A stretch of 64,000 nt of DNA, from the NCBI GenBank assembly GCA_937976335.1, contig CALJRW010000035.1, positions 308 through 64,307 of the forward strand, given 5' to 3'. The position numbers were made by a program, and so were the translations under genes. The notes beneath the pieces are model-generated. The model worked only from the letters and a program-made list of their open reading frames with translations. It ran no database searches and had not been told where the DNA came from. Each line of letters starts with the position of its first letter. Within the stretch, counting starts at the first letter, position 1. The stretch comes from an uncultured bacterium. GTDB lineage: Bacteria; Bdellovibrionota_C; UBA2361; CALJRW01. This document shows positions 9,309 to 19,813 of this stretch, in pieces.

Positions 9309-12300
9309 TTTGCTTTTTTTGACTTACTTAATATTTTTCCCCAAGGTGTTTTAGAGTTTTTAATTTTCTCTAAACTTCCTTTGTAAATAACTTGACCTCC
9401 GTTTTCTCCAGCTTCGGGACCAATTTCAATAATATAGTCAGAGTTAAAAATTAAATCCTTATCATGCTCAATTACAAAAATTGAGTTGCCTGAATTAATC
9501 AATTCTCTAAAGACCTTAATTAGTTTAAAAACATCTTCCTTATGAAGTCCCGTTGTTGGTTCATCTAGTATATACAAAGTGTGCCCCTTTCTTGAAGAAT
9601 TAAGTTCAGAAACTAACTTTATTCTTTGACTTTCTCCTCCAGAAAGAGTTGAAGAGGCTTGTCCTAGCCTTAAATAGCCTAATCCTAGGTCTACAGCTGT
9701 TTTTAGAGTTTGATATATTTTTCTGTGATTTGTGAATTTCTTGAGAGCTTGAGTAAAAGTTAAGTTTAAAGTATCACTAATGCTAACATCAAGAAATCTT
9801 ATTGAATTAGTTTCTTCAGTAAATCTTTGCCCTTGGCAAGTGCTACATGTCATAGAAGCATTTTCAAGAAGGCTCATTTCAAGCTTAATTTCTCCTCTTC
9901 CTTTACATTCAAGACATCTTCCATTTCCTGTATTAAATGAAAATTGAGAGCTTTGCCAACCAAGAGATTTTGCTTCTAATGTGCTAGCAAAAGCTTTTCT
10001 TATTTCTTGCCAAATACCTAAGTAGGATGCTGGATTAGATCTCGAATTTGATCCGATTGGTTTTTGATTAACAAAAATAGTTCTTTCTATATCTTTTGAA
10101 CTTGATATTTCTCCAAATTTATTTTTCCACTTTTTTTTGTTCTTACTTTCAATTAAATTGCTTCCTATAATACCATGCACTAAAGAGCTTTTTCCGGCAC
10201 CTGAGACGCCAGCAATGGTGACTAAGCAATTTAAAGGAATTTTTAAGTTTAGTTTAGAAATATTATTTTTATTTCCATTTTTTATATTTAATGTATGTTT
10301 TTCTTTAGAGGTAAGAATTTTAGGAATTAAGGGAATATCAACTTCATTTAAATGCTTTGCAGTAACAGTATTTCCTTTTTTTAAAAACTTTTCTAAGCTC
10401 CCATTGAAAAGTACTTCTCCGCCTTCTTCACCTCCATTTGGTCCAATGTCAATTATATGTTCACAAGCTTTAATTAAATTTTCATCATGTTCTATAATGT
10501 AAATTGTATTATTTTTATTTTTTAATTCTTTAATTTTATCAATAATTAGAGAGCTATCTTTTGGGTGAAGTCCTGCAGTTGGTTCATCAAAGATGTAATT
10601 AACTCCTGACAATGGTGAGCCAATAGCAGCAGCTAGCCTAAGTCTTTGGAGTTCACCATTTGATATTGAGCGACAGTCTCGATCGAGTTCTATATAATCC
10701 AAGCCTAAGTCTTTAAGTGTTTCAAGGCGTGAAAAAATTTCTAACAAAATAGGGCTAACAATTTCAATTCTAGATTTTGCTAATTTTACAGTTTTTAAAA
10801 ATTTATAAAGTTCAGATGAATTCATTTGAGTTAATTCAGCGATATTTTTATTAGCCAATTTAATTGAAAGAGCATAACTCTTAAGTCTTGTTCCATTACA
10901 TTCTGAACATGTATTGCCTGTCGTCGTTTCTCCAGATCCATGGCACTTAGAACAAGCGCCTCTTTTTGAATTAAAAGATAGTTCTTCAGGATCTGGTTTA
11001 AAATAGCCTTTTTTACATTTTGGACAAGATCTTTCAGTGCTATAAATTTCGTCTTTTTTATTTTTATGAATAATAATTTCAGAATTTGAGAAACTGAGAG
11101 CTAACTTAACAGCTTCTTCAATTAATGTGACGTCAGTTCTTTGAGGATTTAAATTAGCAATAACAAAATCAATAGTGTGAGCTTTATGCCTCTCTAAGCC
11201 GTCAGCAACAAAACTACTTTTTGTAAAACCACCATCAACTCTTATCTCGTTAATTTCCTTTCTTATTGCACTTCCAATAATATCTTTATGATATCCTTTT
11301 TTTTCTTTAACAATATTTGCAAGAATTTTAATATTGCTAGTTTTAAATTTAGAAATGATTTTAGCAATTTGTTTATGAGTTTGAGTTTCAATTTTAGTAC
11401 TATCATGAATTGGACAATATTGTTCTCCTCCTTTTGTTAACAACAGTCGTAGAAAATTATAAATCTCAGATAATGTACCAAGAGTAGATAGCTTTGAAGG
11501 TTGGAAAGTGTGTTGAGAAACGCAAATGCTAGGTTGAACGTTATCAATAGAATCAATTTCTGGTTTTTTTATATTTTTAACAAATGTTCGTGCATATGGA
11601 GATAAACAATCTAAATATCTTTTTTGACCTTCTGAAAAAATTATATCTTTTGCTAGAGTTGATTTTCCAGATCCTGAAACGCCCGTAAATCCCACAATTT
11701 TGTTAAGAGGTAAGTCGATATCAAAATTTTTAAGATTATTTTCTCGAGCTCCTTTTATAGTTAAAAATTTGCTTGAGTAAGACTTAGGTTTTTTACTAAC
11801 TTTAAAAGTTTTACTAGATTTTAAATATGAATTTAAATATTTTGCAGTTTCGGTTTTAGCATATTTTTTAATAAAATCTTTTGGTTTTCCTGTTCCAAGA
11901 AGTTTGCCTCCTTCATTGCCACCACCTGGACCTAAATTAATAATCCAATCACTCGAGGCAATAACTTGTAAATTATGTTCAACGCATAAAATACTGTGTC
12001 CTTGTTTTTTTAATTTTACAAAAATATTGATTAATTTTGAAATATCTTTAGGATGTAAGCCCGTTGTAGGTTCGTCAAAAATTATCAAAGACTCTGTGTA
12101 TTTATTTTTTGAAATTATAGGAGTTAATTTTAGTCTTTGAGCTTCACCTCCAGAAAGTTCACTTAATGAATGACCAATTCTTAAATGGCCAAGACCGAGT
12201 TCTTTAAGGACATTTAGGGGCTTAGTGATTTTTTGATCTTCTGCGAATAACTCTAAAACGTCATCAACACTAGTTTCTAGTAATTCAAAAACATTTTTCC

Positions 12301-14572
12301 CTTTTACTTTTACCTCTAATACAGTGTTTCCAAATCTTTTACCTCCACAAACATCGCAGTTAATATAAACATCACTTAAAAATTGTAAATCTTCTTTTAT
12401 AAATCCTGCACCATTACAAGCTTTACAACGTCCTGCATCGACATTAAAAGAAAACGAAGATTTATCAAGACCAAGTTCTTGAGCTTGAGTAGTTTCAGAA
12501 AATAGTTTTCTTACTTGATCCCAAGCTTTGGTATAAGTTGCAATATTACCTCTTGGATTTTTTGAAATTGGGGTTTGGTTAACTAAGAGGATGTTCTCAA
12601 ATTTTTCAATCCCACTAATACTATCAGAATATTTTTGTTTAATTATGACCTCTTCAATTAAGGTGCTTTTTCCGCTTCCAGAAACACCAGTAAGACAAAC
12701 AAATCTTTTTAAGGGGATATCAATGTTAAGATTTTTTAAATTTCTAATGTTAGCATTTTTTATTTTAATAAAATTATTCGGCTTAACTTCTTTTGTTTCA
12801 ATTAACTTTGGAAATAATTCACTTGCTCCTTTCCATTTATCAGGTTTACCAAGATAATTAATCTCACCACCTCTTGAACCTGATTCGGGTCCTAGCTCTA
12901 ATATCCAGTCAGCCTCTTTAATACAGTCTGGATCGTGCTCTACTAAAAGGATGCTATTATCCTTATCTTTTAATTTTTGTATTGATTTCATTAAGTTATC
13001 TGAGTCTTTTGGGTGCAATCCAACTGAGGGTTCATCCAGAACAAATTGTGTTGAAGTTAAGCCACTTCCTAAACTAGCAGCTAAATTTACTCTTTGAGTT
13101 TCACCTCCAGAGAGAGTTCTTGCTTGTCTATTTAAAGTTAAATAATTGAGTCCAAGATTTTGAATTATTTCAAGTCTTTCAAAAATTGCTTTAAAAGGAG
13201 ATTTAAGTTTTTTTGGTATTTTATTTTTTTTATCTTTATATATATCTTGGAGAAAGCTATTTAATGCAGTGATTTCCATATCCCAAGTATCAGAAATTTT
13301 CTTATTAGCAATTTTAAAAGCTAAACCTTCTTTCTTTAACCTTTGTCCTAAACAAATATCACATTCAAATTCAGATCTGTATTTAGAAATAAAAACTCTA
13401 ACATGCATTTTATAAGCTTTTCTCTCTAATTTTTTAAACCAAGGATAAACTCCAGTGAATTTTCTGGTACTTGAATGCAAAATTAACTCTTTTGAAGTTT
13501 TACTTAACTTACTCCAAGAACTATTCATGTCTATAGAGTTTTCTTCACAAAAAGCTTTTAATTTTCTCCTAAAAATGCTTTTTTTATTTCCTTCCCATGG
13601 ACTTATTACCCCATCTCTTAAACTAAGAGATGGATTTTTTATTATAAGTTCCAGATCGACTTCTAAAACTTTTCCAAAGCCTTTGCATTTAGCACAAGCC
13701 CCATAAGGGTGATTATATGAAAAGAGTGAAGCTTTAGGTTTTGAAAGTTTTTCTAAAGTTTGTTTTGAATCACAGGATTGGCATCTTAGATAATTATAAA
13801 AAGAGTGCTCAAAAATTTTACTATCCTTAATTTCAAATATTACAACTTTCCCTCCTGACATAGAAAAACATTTATTAATGGTATCAGATAAGTTTTTTTC
13901 TTGAATTTTTGAAGCATCCGATAAACGATCTAAAACTAAAAATATCTCTTTAGTTTTTGAAGGTACTATATCTTCGAGTGAGTTAATTTTATTTTCTTTT
14001 TTATCAAAGTAGCGACTAAAGCCAAGAACTAAATATCTTTCAAGTTCTTCTTTATTGGATTTAACAGGAGATGAAAAATAATATTTCGACTTACTATTTC
14101 TCTCTTTTTTTAACCAACTAACAATTTCAGTTGCGTTCCAGGATCTAAGCTCTGTGTCGCATTTTGGACAAAATGGTTTTGAAAGATTTGCCCATAAGAT
14201 TCTTAGATAATTGTTAACATTAGTCATAGAACCAACAGTTGAACGAGCATTTAAGATTCTAGTTTTTTGTTGAATTGCAATTGAAGGTTTAACGTTATCT
14301 AGATAGTCAGCTTTTGGTTTTTTAACTTTATCAAAAAATTGTCTCGTGTATGGGGAAAATGTTTCAATATAACGCCTCTGACCTTCAGCATATACAGTAT
14401 GAAAAGCAAAAGAAGTTTTTCCAGAGCCAGATAAGCCTGTTACTACAGTAAGTGAATTATGTGGTAACTCGACATCAATACTCTTTAGATTATTCTCATG
14501 AGCGTTTTTGATATATAAGTTGTCAGAATTTTTAGTGTTTTTCATACGTCCTAGATATGGGTACAATAGCAA
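9305..14572 (-). CDS. uvrA: Tandem-fused double UvrA (excinuclease ABC subunit A-like), 1755 aa with four ABC ATPase modules
   Basis: Four Walker A sites (GLSGSGKTS, GVSGSGKSTL twice, GVSGAGKSSL) and four LSGGE signature motifs. EGQRRY..SPYTRQF and EGQKRY..SPYARTF UvrA N-terminal motifs occur twice. Several CxxC zinc-finger pairs. Confidence 0.8.
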   Translation of the reverse strand: MLLYPYLGRMKNTKNSDNLYIKNAHENNLKSIDVELPHNSLTVVTGLSGSGKTSFAFHTVYAEGQRRYIETFSPYTRQFFDKVKKPKADYLDNVKPSIAIQQKTRILNARSTVGSMTNVNNYLRILWANLSKPFCPKCDTELRSWNATEIVSWLKKERNSKSKYYFSSPVKSNKEELERYLVLGFSRYFDKKENKINSLEDIVPSKTKEIFLVLDRLSDASKIQEKNLSDTINKCFSMSGGKVVIFEIKDSKIFEHSFYNYLRCQSCDSKQTLEKLSKPKASLFSYNHPYGACAKCKGFGKVLEVDLELIIKNPSLSLRDGVISPWEGNKKSIFRRKLKAFCEENSIDMNSSWSKLSKTSKELILHSSTRKFTGVYPWFKKLERKAYKMHVRVFISKYRSEFECDICLGQRLKKEGLAFKIANKKISDTWDMEITALNSFLQDIYKDKKNKIPKKLKSPFKAIFERLEIIQNLGLNYLTLNRQARTLSGGETQRVNLAASLGSGLTSTQFVLDEPSVGLHPKDSDNLMKSIQKLKDKDNSILLVEHDPDCIKEADWILELGPESGSRGGEINYLGKPDKWKGASELFPKLIETKEVKPNNFIKIKNANIRNLKNLNIDIPLKRFVCLTGVSGSGKSTLIEEVIIKQKYSDSISGIEKFENILLVNQTPISKNPRGNIATYTKAWDQVRKLFSETTQAQELGLDKSSFSFNVDAGRCKACNGAGFIKEDLQFLSDVYINCDVCGGKRFGNTVLEVKVKGKNVFELLETSVDDVLELFAEDQKITKPLNVLKELGLGHLRIGHSLSELSGGEAQRLKLTPIISKNKYTESLIIFDEPTTGLHPKDISKLINIFVKLKKQGHSILCVEHNLQVIASSDWIINLGPGGGNEGGKLLGTGKPKDFIKKYAKTETAKYLNSYLKSSKTFKVSKKPKSYSSKFLTIKGARENNLKNFDIDLPLNKIVGFTGVSGSGKSTLAKDIIFSEGQKRYLDCLSPYARTFVKNIKKPEIDSIDNVQPSICVSQHTFQPSKLSTLGTLSEIYNFLRLLLTKGGEQYCPIHDSTKIETQTHKQIAKIISKFKTSNIKILANIVKEKKGYHKDIIGSAIRKEINEIRVDGGFTKSSFVADGLERHKAHTIDFVIANLNPQRTDVTLIEEAVKLALSFSNSEIIIHKNKKDEIYSTERSCPKCKKGYFKPDPEELSFNSKRGACSKCHGSGETTTGNTCSECNGTRLKSYALSIKLANKNIAELTQMNSSELYKFLKTVKLAKSRIEIVSPILLEIFSRLETLKDLGLDYIELDRDCRSISNGELQRLRLAAAIGSPLSGVNYIFDEPTAGLHPKDSSLIIDKIKELKNKNNTIYIIEHDENLIKACEHIIDIGPNGGEEGGEVLFNGSLEKFLKKGNTVTAKHLNEVDIPLIPKILTSKEKHTLNIKNGNKNNISKLNLKIPLNCLVTIAGVSGAGKSSLVHGIIGSNLIESKNKKKWKNKFGEISSSKDIERTIFVNQKPIGSNSRSNPASYLGIWQEIRKAFASTLEAKSLGWQSSQFSFNTGNGRCLECKGRGEIKLEMSLLENASMTCSTCQGQRFTEETNSIRFLDVSISDTLNLTFTQALKKFTNHRKIYQTLKTAVDLGLGYLRLGQASSTLSGGESQRIKLVSELNSSRKGHTLYILDEPTTGLHKEDVFKLIKVFRELINSGNSIFVIEHDKDLIFNSDYIIEIGPEAGENGGQVIYKGSLEKIKNSKTPWGKILSKSKKAK

Positions 14573-14574
14573 AT

Positions 14575-15711
14575 ATGATCAAAAGAACCAAAGAACTTGT
14601 TTGCATACTATTTATGCTTTTACTTAGCACTAATTACGTATTTGCAGATTCAGGGTTATGTAATATTGCTACTCAAGCCATAAGTGATGCAAGTAAAATA
14701 AGGGGCTTAAATCAAAAACAAAAAGTCCCTTGTTATGTTCAAGATAAAAAAGAAATTAAAAAATATATACTCAAAACAGTAGACGAAGAAATTCCTCCTG
14801 AAAAGCTAAGAAATGAAGGAGTGGTATATAAAAAAATTGGAATTCTTCCAAAAGATTTTGATTACGAAAATGGTTTAATCAATGCATATACAAGTCAAAT
14901 TGGAGGATACTACGATCCTAAAAAAAATCATTATGTAATGGCTAAGTGGATTCCTCAGTTTATGCAAACTCCTGTTGCTGTACACGAACTAACACATGCT
15001 CTTCAAGATCAACATTATAACTTAGCTGAATTTACAAAAATGAAAGATCATACAAGTGATGAACTTCTTGCAAGATCAGCTCTTATAGAAGGCGATGCAA
15101 CTGCAGTCATGATGGATTACACAAATAAATTAATTTCAGCCCCAAACCTTGCAAAGCAAAAAGATGTTAATAGTATAATCATGCAAAACGTTTTAGGGGC
15201 TAGTATGACAGCGTCTGCAAATGGAGTGCCTCAAAGTTTAATTTCAATAATGATTTTTCCATATACTAGTGGTTTAAGATTTGCTCATGAGTTACTTAAA
15301 AAAGGAAGTTATCAACTAATAGATGAAACTTTTAAAAAACCGCCTAAAACTACAGCTGAAATTTTGCATCCTGAAAAACTTTACAATGAATATGGCAAGC
15401 TAAATGATATAGATATTTTAACTTTGATAGGTAAGAAGAATTCCAAAGTAGAATATTCAGATGTTTTAGGAGAGTTTTTAATCTCACTTATGCTTGAAAC
15501 TTTAAATCCAGGGGATAGCAAGAACTCAATTGCTGCAGAGGGTTGGAAAGCGGATCGTATAATTTTAATTGACGGAAAGGTATATTGGTTAATTCAGTTT
15601 GAGGATTTGAAAAATAAAGATGAGTTTTTGAGTTTAGTTAAAAGAATTGACAAATTTGAAGGCAATATTCAGAAAATAGAGAATGAACTTAATTTGCTTA
15701 TTACATATTAG
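14575..15711 (+). CDS. Secreted putative zinc metallopeptidase (HExxHxxxxxH)
   Basis: Signal peptide (LLLSTNYVFA), motif VAVHELTHALQDQHY with metzincin-like His spacing. Start taken at the internal Met just after the uvrA-like stop. Confidence 0.4.
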   Translation: MIKRTKELVCILFMLLLSTNYVFADSGLCNIATQAISDASKIRGLNQKQKVPCYVQDKKEIKKYILKTVDEEIPPEKLRNEGVVYKKIGILPKDFDYENGLINAYTSQIGGYYDPKKNHYVMAKWIPQFMQTPVAVHELTHALQDQHYNLAEFTKMKDHTSDELLARSALIEGDATAVMMDYTNKLISAPNLAKQKDVNSIIMQNVLGASMTASANGVPQSLISIMIFPYTSGLRFAHELLKKGSYQLIDETFKKPPKTTAEILHPEKLYNEYGKLNDIDILTLIGKKNSKVEYSDVLGEFLISLMLETLNPGDSKNSIAAEGWKADRIILIDGKVYWLIQFEDLKNKDEFLSLVKRIDKFEGNIQKIENELNLLITY

Positions 15712-15762
15712 TTTTTGGACTTTCTATATATGCCTCTAGTTTAACTCTATTTAGTAAGTTTA

Positions 15763-16944
15763 TTATTTTTTAAAAAGCTCTTCCAATCCTTCCCGCCAAG
15801 GCATCACTCTAATCCCATCATCCGTTACCCTAGATTTTTTTTCATTACAAATTATCCATTTTTCCTGATGCTTTATATCTTTAGAAAGTGATTTTAGATG
15901 ATTCATATGTTTAGATAAAATTTCACTTGTCGATTTTATTTCAATTAGAATTTTTTTATTTCCTGGTTTTTTTACTATTAAATCAATTTCTGCACCATCT
16001 TTAGTTCTTATATAGTAAAATCTGTAGTCGCATTCGTAATAATCATTTAGTTTAATGCATTCACATAGAATAAACTGTTCAAACAAGTTTCCGTATTCAC
16101 TTGATCCAGGACGTAGTTCTAAGCTACTTGTCTGGCTTAAGTAACGTTGAATACCTGTATCAAAGAGATAAAATTTTGGACTTTTACTTTGTCGAGCCCT
16201 GACTGATTCGTCATAAGGTTCGAGATAAAATCCTACTAAAGTATCAATCAAAATTTCAAAATAGCGAGCTATTGTTTTATCATCTACTCCAGTTTGTTTA
16301 GATAAATTACTATAATTAACTATTTCACCGTTTATTTGAGAAGTGAGATCTAAAAATTCACGAAAAGAAACAATATTTCGAACAAGCTGTTCTAGTTGAA
16401 TCTCTTGTTTCAAATATGTTTGAGTGTAAGTCCTTAAGAAGCGTTGCTTATCTTTTTGATCTTGAAAGTCAAAAACTTTAGGTAAGGAGCCCCAAGTAAG
16501 TAAGGGTAGAAGATCGAAATTTTCAGGAAGCTCAAGAAAACTTATAGGATGTAAATTAAATGAAAATGCTCTTCCAGCTAATAAATTTGCACCTCCATGT
16601 TTTAATTTTCTTGCACTAGATCCAGTAATAATAAATTGAATGTGCTTATGTTTATAAATTAGAGCGTGAATGACATCTAAAAGAGCAGGAACTTTCTGAA
16701 TCTCATCAATAATTACTTTTTTAAGTACCTTAGCTTTGTCATTTACAATTTGTTTGAGTTTTTCTGGGCTTCTTGAATAAATTTCTTCGTCATCTAAGTC
16801 TAGTAAGTTTATGAATAAAGTATCTTCAGGGGGCTTAGGTTCTAGCTTGTAGTGACTATCAAGTAAGGTAGTTTTACCAGTACCTCTTGCTCCAAAGAGA
16901 AAAAAACTTTGTGATTTTGGTGGTTTAAATAATCTATCGAACAT
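15763..16944 (-). CDS. AAA+ superfamily ATPase with DUF4143-like C-terminal domain
   Basis: Walker A FGARGTGKTTLL, Walker B VIIDEIQK. Start moved to internal Met44 to avoid overlap with the upstream gene. Confidence 0.5.
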   Translation of the reverse strand: MFDRLFKPPKSQSFFLFGARGTGKTTLLDSHYKLEPKPPEDTLFINLLDLDDEEIYSRSPEKLKQIVNDKAKVLKKVIIDEIQKVPALLDVIHALIYKHKHIQFIITGSSARKLKHGGANLLAGRAFSFNLHPISFLELPENFDLLPLLTWGSLPKVFDFQDQKDKQRFLRTYTQTYLKQEIQLEQLVRNIVSFREFLDLTSQINGEIVNYSNLSKQTGVDDKTIARYFEILIDTLVGFYLEPYDESVRARQSKSPKFYLFDTGIQRYLSQTSSLELRPGSSEYGNLFEQFILCECIKLNDYYECDYRFYYIRTKDGAEIDLIVKKPGNKKILIEIKSTSEILSKHMNHLKSLSKDIKHQEKWIICNEKKSRVTDDGIRVMPWREGLEELFKK

Positions 16945-17008
16945 ACTCCGAAATTGTACGACATTTTCGGAGCTGTGTCTATGATTATTTTTAGGGCTTT
17001 GAAATTGG

Positions 17009-17893
17009 TTAATTAAAAATTTTAGCCAAATAAGCAGCAAAATCCTTATCCTGAAACTCATACCCAGCATCAAGCAATTTTTTAGGAATCACTCTTAAAT
17101 CTTTTAGAGCTGTTTCTCTGCCAAATTCACCAAAAACTAATTTTACTATAAAAGCAGGAACAGGAAAAATTGTTAGACGTTTAAGAGCTTTACCCAATTT
17201 TTTTGTGAATTGAGAATTTGTAATAGGATTTGGAGCAGTAAAATTAATTGCTCCTTTAAGTTTAGAATTTAAAACAAACTTAAAAGCATTTGCAATATCA
17301 TTAATAGAAATCCAGCTTATTACTTGCTTTCCGTTCCCTATTTTTCCACCAAGTCCTAATTTAAAAATGGGATAAACATACTTAAGCATTCCTCCTTCTT
17401 TACCCATTACAACGCCAATTCTTGCGTGTGTAACTCTTAGCCCTGCTTGAATTAGCGGCTCTGCTTCTGCTTCCCAAGCTATGCATGTCTTAGCTAAAAA
17501 ATCTCTTCCTTCAGAAGTTTCTTCTGTAATCTCTTCCTGACTTTTATCTCCGTAAATTCCAATAGCAGATGCAGATATAAAAATTTTAGGTTTTTTATCT
17601 AATTTAAGAATTTCATTTACTAAAAGTTTAGTTCCATTAACTCTACTATTAAAAATTTTTTCTTTTTTCGTTTTAGTCCATCTAAGAGCTGTTACAGTTT
17701 CTCCTGCTAAGTGAATAACTGCATCAATGTTGTTAAATGCTCTTTGATCAATCTCTTGTGTGCTTGGATTCCAATAGTAAAAACCTTTTCTTTTAGATCT
17801 GCTTAGTTTTACTATCTCATTATTTTCTGCTTCTAAGCTTTTGCAGAGTTCTTTGCCTATGAATCCAGATGCGCCGGTTATTAGAATTTTCAT
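17009..17893 (-). CDS. TIGR01777/YfcH-family NAD-dependent epimerase-like protein (DUF1731 C-terminus)
   Basis: MKILITGASGFIGKEL Rossmann N-terminus, about 294 aa, and a conserved C-terminal tail typical of the YfcH family. Confidence 0.55.
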   Translation of the reverse strand: MKILITGASGFIGKELCKSLEAENNEIVKLSRSKRKGFYYWNPSTQEIDQRAFNNIDAVIHLAGETVTALRWTKTKKEKIFNSRVNGTKLLVNEILKLDKKPKIFISASAIGIYGDKSQEEITEETSEGRDFLAKTCIAWEAEAEPLIQAGLRVTHARIGVVMGKEGGMLKYVYPIFKLGLGGKIGNGKQVISWISINDIANAFKFVLNSKLKGAINFTAPNPITNSQFTKKLGKALKRLTIFPVPAFIVKLVFGEFGRETALKDLRVIPKKLLDAGYEFQDKDFAAYLAKIFN

Positions 17894-17968
17894 ATCTTTC
17901 TGTTTAAACTAAAAAAAATCCAGAAACTCCACATCTCCTAATCTCTGCGTCACTATGCAACTAAACAC

Positions 17969-18400
17969 TTACTCAGATAGCTCTTTAGCAATACTACTAG
18001 CTAATTTACCATCATATTGCCCAGAATATTTACTTTTAAGCTCTTTCATTATTAATCCCATATTACAATTAGGATTAGAGTTTACTATTTCACTAATAAT
18101 TTCTCTAAGCTTTTCTTCCGAAAGTTCTTCAGGAAGAAAAACATTTAAAATAGAAATTTCTTCTTCAAGTTTAGCTTTTTCTTCATCTCTTCCAGCTTTA
18201 ACTTCAAATTCAATAGATTCTAATCTTTTTTTCTTTTCGTTTTTAATAATTGCAATAACAGCTTGTTCTGGTAAGTCTTCAGTTTTTTTCTGCATTTCTT
18301 CATATTGAACAGCTGACATTATCGCGCGAATTGTAGCCGCTTTTAATTTGTTTTTTTCTTTTAAAGAATTTACAAGTTCTGCTTTTAATTTTTTTTTCAT
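17969..18400 (-). CDS. GatB/YqeY domain protein
   Basis: 143 aa with the characteristic YqeY N-terminus (LKEKNKLKAATIRAIMSAV) and GQYDGKLAS C-terminal motif. Confidence 0.55.
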   Translation of the reverse strand: MKKKLKAELVNSLKEKNKLKAATIRAIMSAVQYEEMQKKTEDLPEQAVIAIIKNEKKKRLESIEFEVKAGRDEEKAKLEEEISILNVFLPEELSEEKLREIISEIVNSNPNCNMGLIMKELKSKYSGQYDGKLASSIAKELSE

Positions 18401-18409
18401 TATTTTCCT

Positions 18410-18823
18410 CTATTTCTTCCCTAAATTTTTCTCAACAAATTTTTCTAATTTTTGTGTTGTTTCAACACTTATTAAATGTTCTGTTTTACAAGCATCAACC
18501 TCAGCTTGGTGTTTGTTAACTTTAAGAATATCAATTAAAAAAGTTTCTAAGACTTTTTTTCTTCTAAGAACTAACTTCGCAAGTTTTTGGCCTTCTTCAG
18601 AAAGTGATAAAAATTTATTTTCATCTTCAACTATAAGGCCTTTTAATTTTAAACTTTTAAGATTTGTCGAAGCGCTTCCGGTAGTTATCTTTAATTCCTT
18701 AGCAACATCACTTACTCGAGCATAACCCCGTGCATTCTTTAAATCGAGCACTGCCATTAAATGATGTGCTGCACTATGGGTTAAACTATTTTCTTCAAAT
18801 TCTTTCCAAACTTTATCTGCCAT
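18410..18823 (-). CDS. DtxR/MntR-family metal-dependent transcriptional repressor
   Basis: HSAAHHLMAVLDL...ARVSDVAKELKITTGSASTNLKSLKLKGLI is the DtxR-family HTH plus the start of the metal-binding domain; 137 aa (MntR-size). Confidence 0.6.
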   Translation of the reverse strand: MADKVWKEFEENSLTHSAAHHLMAVLDLKNARGYARVSDVAKELKITTGSASTNLKSLKLKGLIVEDENKFLSLSEEGQKLAKLVLRRKKVLETFLIDILKVNKHQAEVDACKTEHLISVETTQKLEKFVEKNLGKK

Positions 18824-19016
18824 AAGCTAAGTCCTTATTACCTAAAAATACCTCTCCTTGTTATACCCTAAGAAGTGATTGTAGTAATATAATAGTATTT
18901 ATCAACCTGAAAATCTGTTTAGTAGCTCTAACAGATGTATAGTTAGAAAAAACATCAATATTATAAGAATGTTACCATATTTCTTTGTTTACAATAAATT
19001 TGCTAAGGTCTAATTC

Positions 19017-19793
19017 GTGAAGAGAATCTTATTTGTATTTTTAATCTTTTTCCCAGTGACTTTGTTATCTGTTGAAAAGCCTCAAGATGAACTAATAACT
19101 GTTGGAATTACTACAGTTTTAGGAACAAAAATTTCTAGTGAGCTTATATTTACTAATTCTAATGGTAAAGAAATAGCACTGCAAGAACTTCTAAATGATC
19201 AAAAACCTTTAATAATTGTACCTGCTTACTATAATTGTCCCAGATTATGTGGTTTAGTCATGGATGGGGTGGCTGATTTGATAAGCGAAGTAGATCTTGA
19301 GCTTGGAAAAGATTACCGAGTTGCTACAGTTAGCTTTAGCCCTGAGGAAGAATTCGATCTGGCTAAAGCAAAGAAGGCATTTTTTAAGCGAAAATTACCA
19401 AAACAAAATATATCTGGCTGGAATTTCTTAGTGGGTAAAGAAGGCAATATATCTAAGCTTATGAACCAGTTAGGCTTTAAATTTAAGAAAGATGGGAAGG
19501 ATTTTTCTCATAGCGCGGCTATATTTTTAATATCACCTAATGCTAAGCTTTCGCAGTATTTTACGGGTATTCAATTTTCTCCTTGGGATTTAAAATTAGC
19601 TTTAATTGAGGCTTCTCAGGGTGGTATTGGTTCGTTAATAGATCAGGTAGTGTTGTATTGTTATCGCTTCGATCCAACAAAAGGAAAATATACACCCTTT
19701 GCTTTTAATATAATGCGCTTAGGTGGAACAATTACCCTTTTATTTTTGGGTGGTTTAATAATACAACTTATGAGAAGAGATAAAAAAAGATAA
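19017..19793 (+). CDS. SCO1/SenC-family copper chaperone
   Basis: CxxxC motif YYNCPRLCG in a thioredoxin-like context, C-terminal TM segment, immediately upstream of ctaC; GTG start. Confidence 0.6.
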   Translation: MKRILFVFLIFFPVTLLSVEKPQDELITVGITTVLGTKISSELIFTNSNGKEIALQELLNDQKPLIIVPAYYNCPRLCGLVMDGVADLISEVDLELGKDYRVATVSFSPEEEFDLAKAKKAFFKRKLPKQNISGWNFLVGKEGNISKLMNQLGFKFKKDGKDFSHSAAIFLISPNAKLSQYFTGIQFSPWDLKLALIEASQGGIGSLIDQVVLYCYRFDPTKGKYTPFAFNIMRLGGTITLLFLGGLIIQLMRRDKKR

Positions 19794-19813
19794 AATTTTG
19801 AATAAAGGATTCA

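Noticed and set aside
17955-18725. Plus-strand ORFs 17955-18308 and 18348-18725 opposite the YqeY and MntR-like genes
   Set aside because: Serine/leucine/phenylalanine-rich low-complexity translations antisense to two well-formed minus-strand genes with recognisable motifs.
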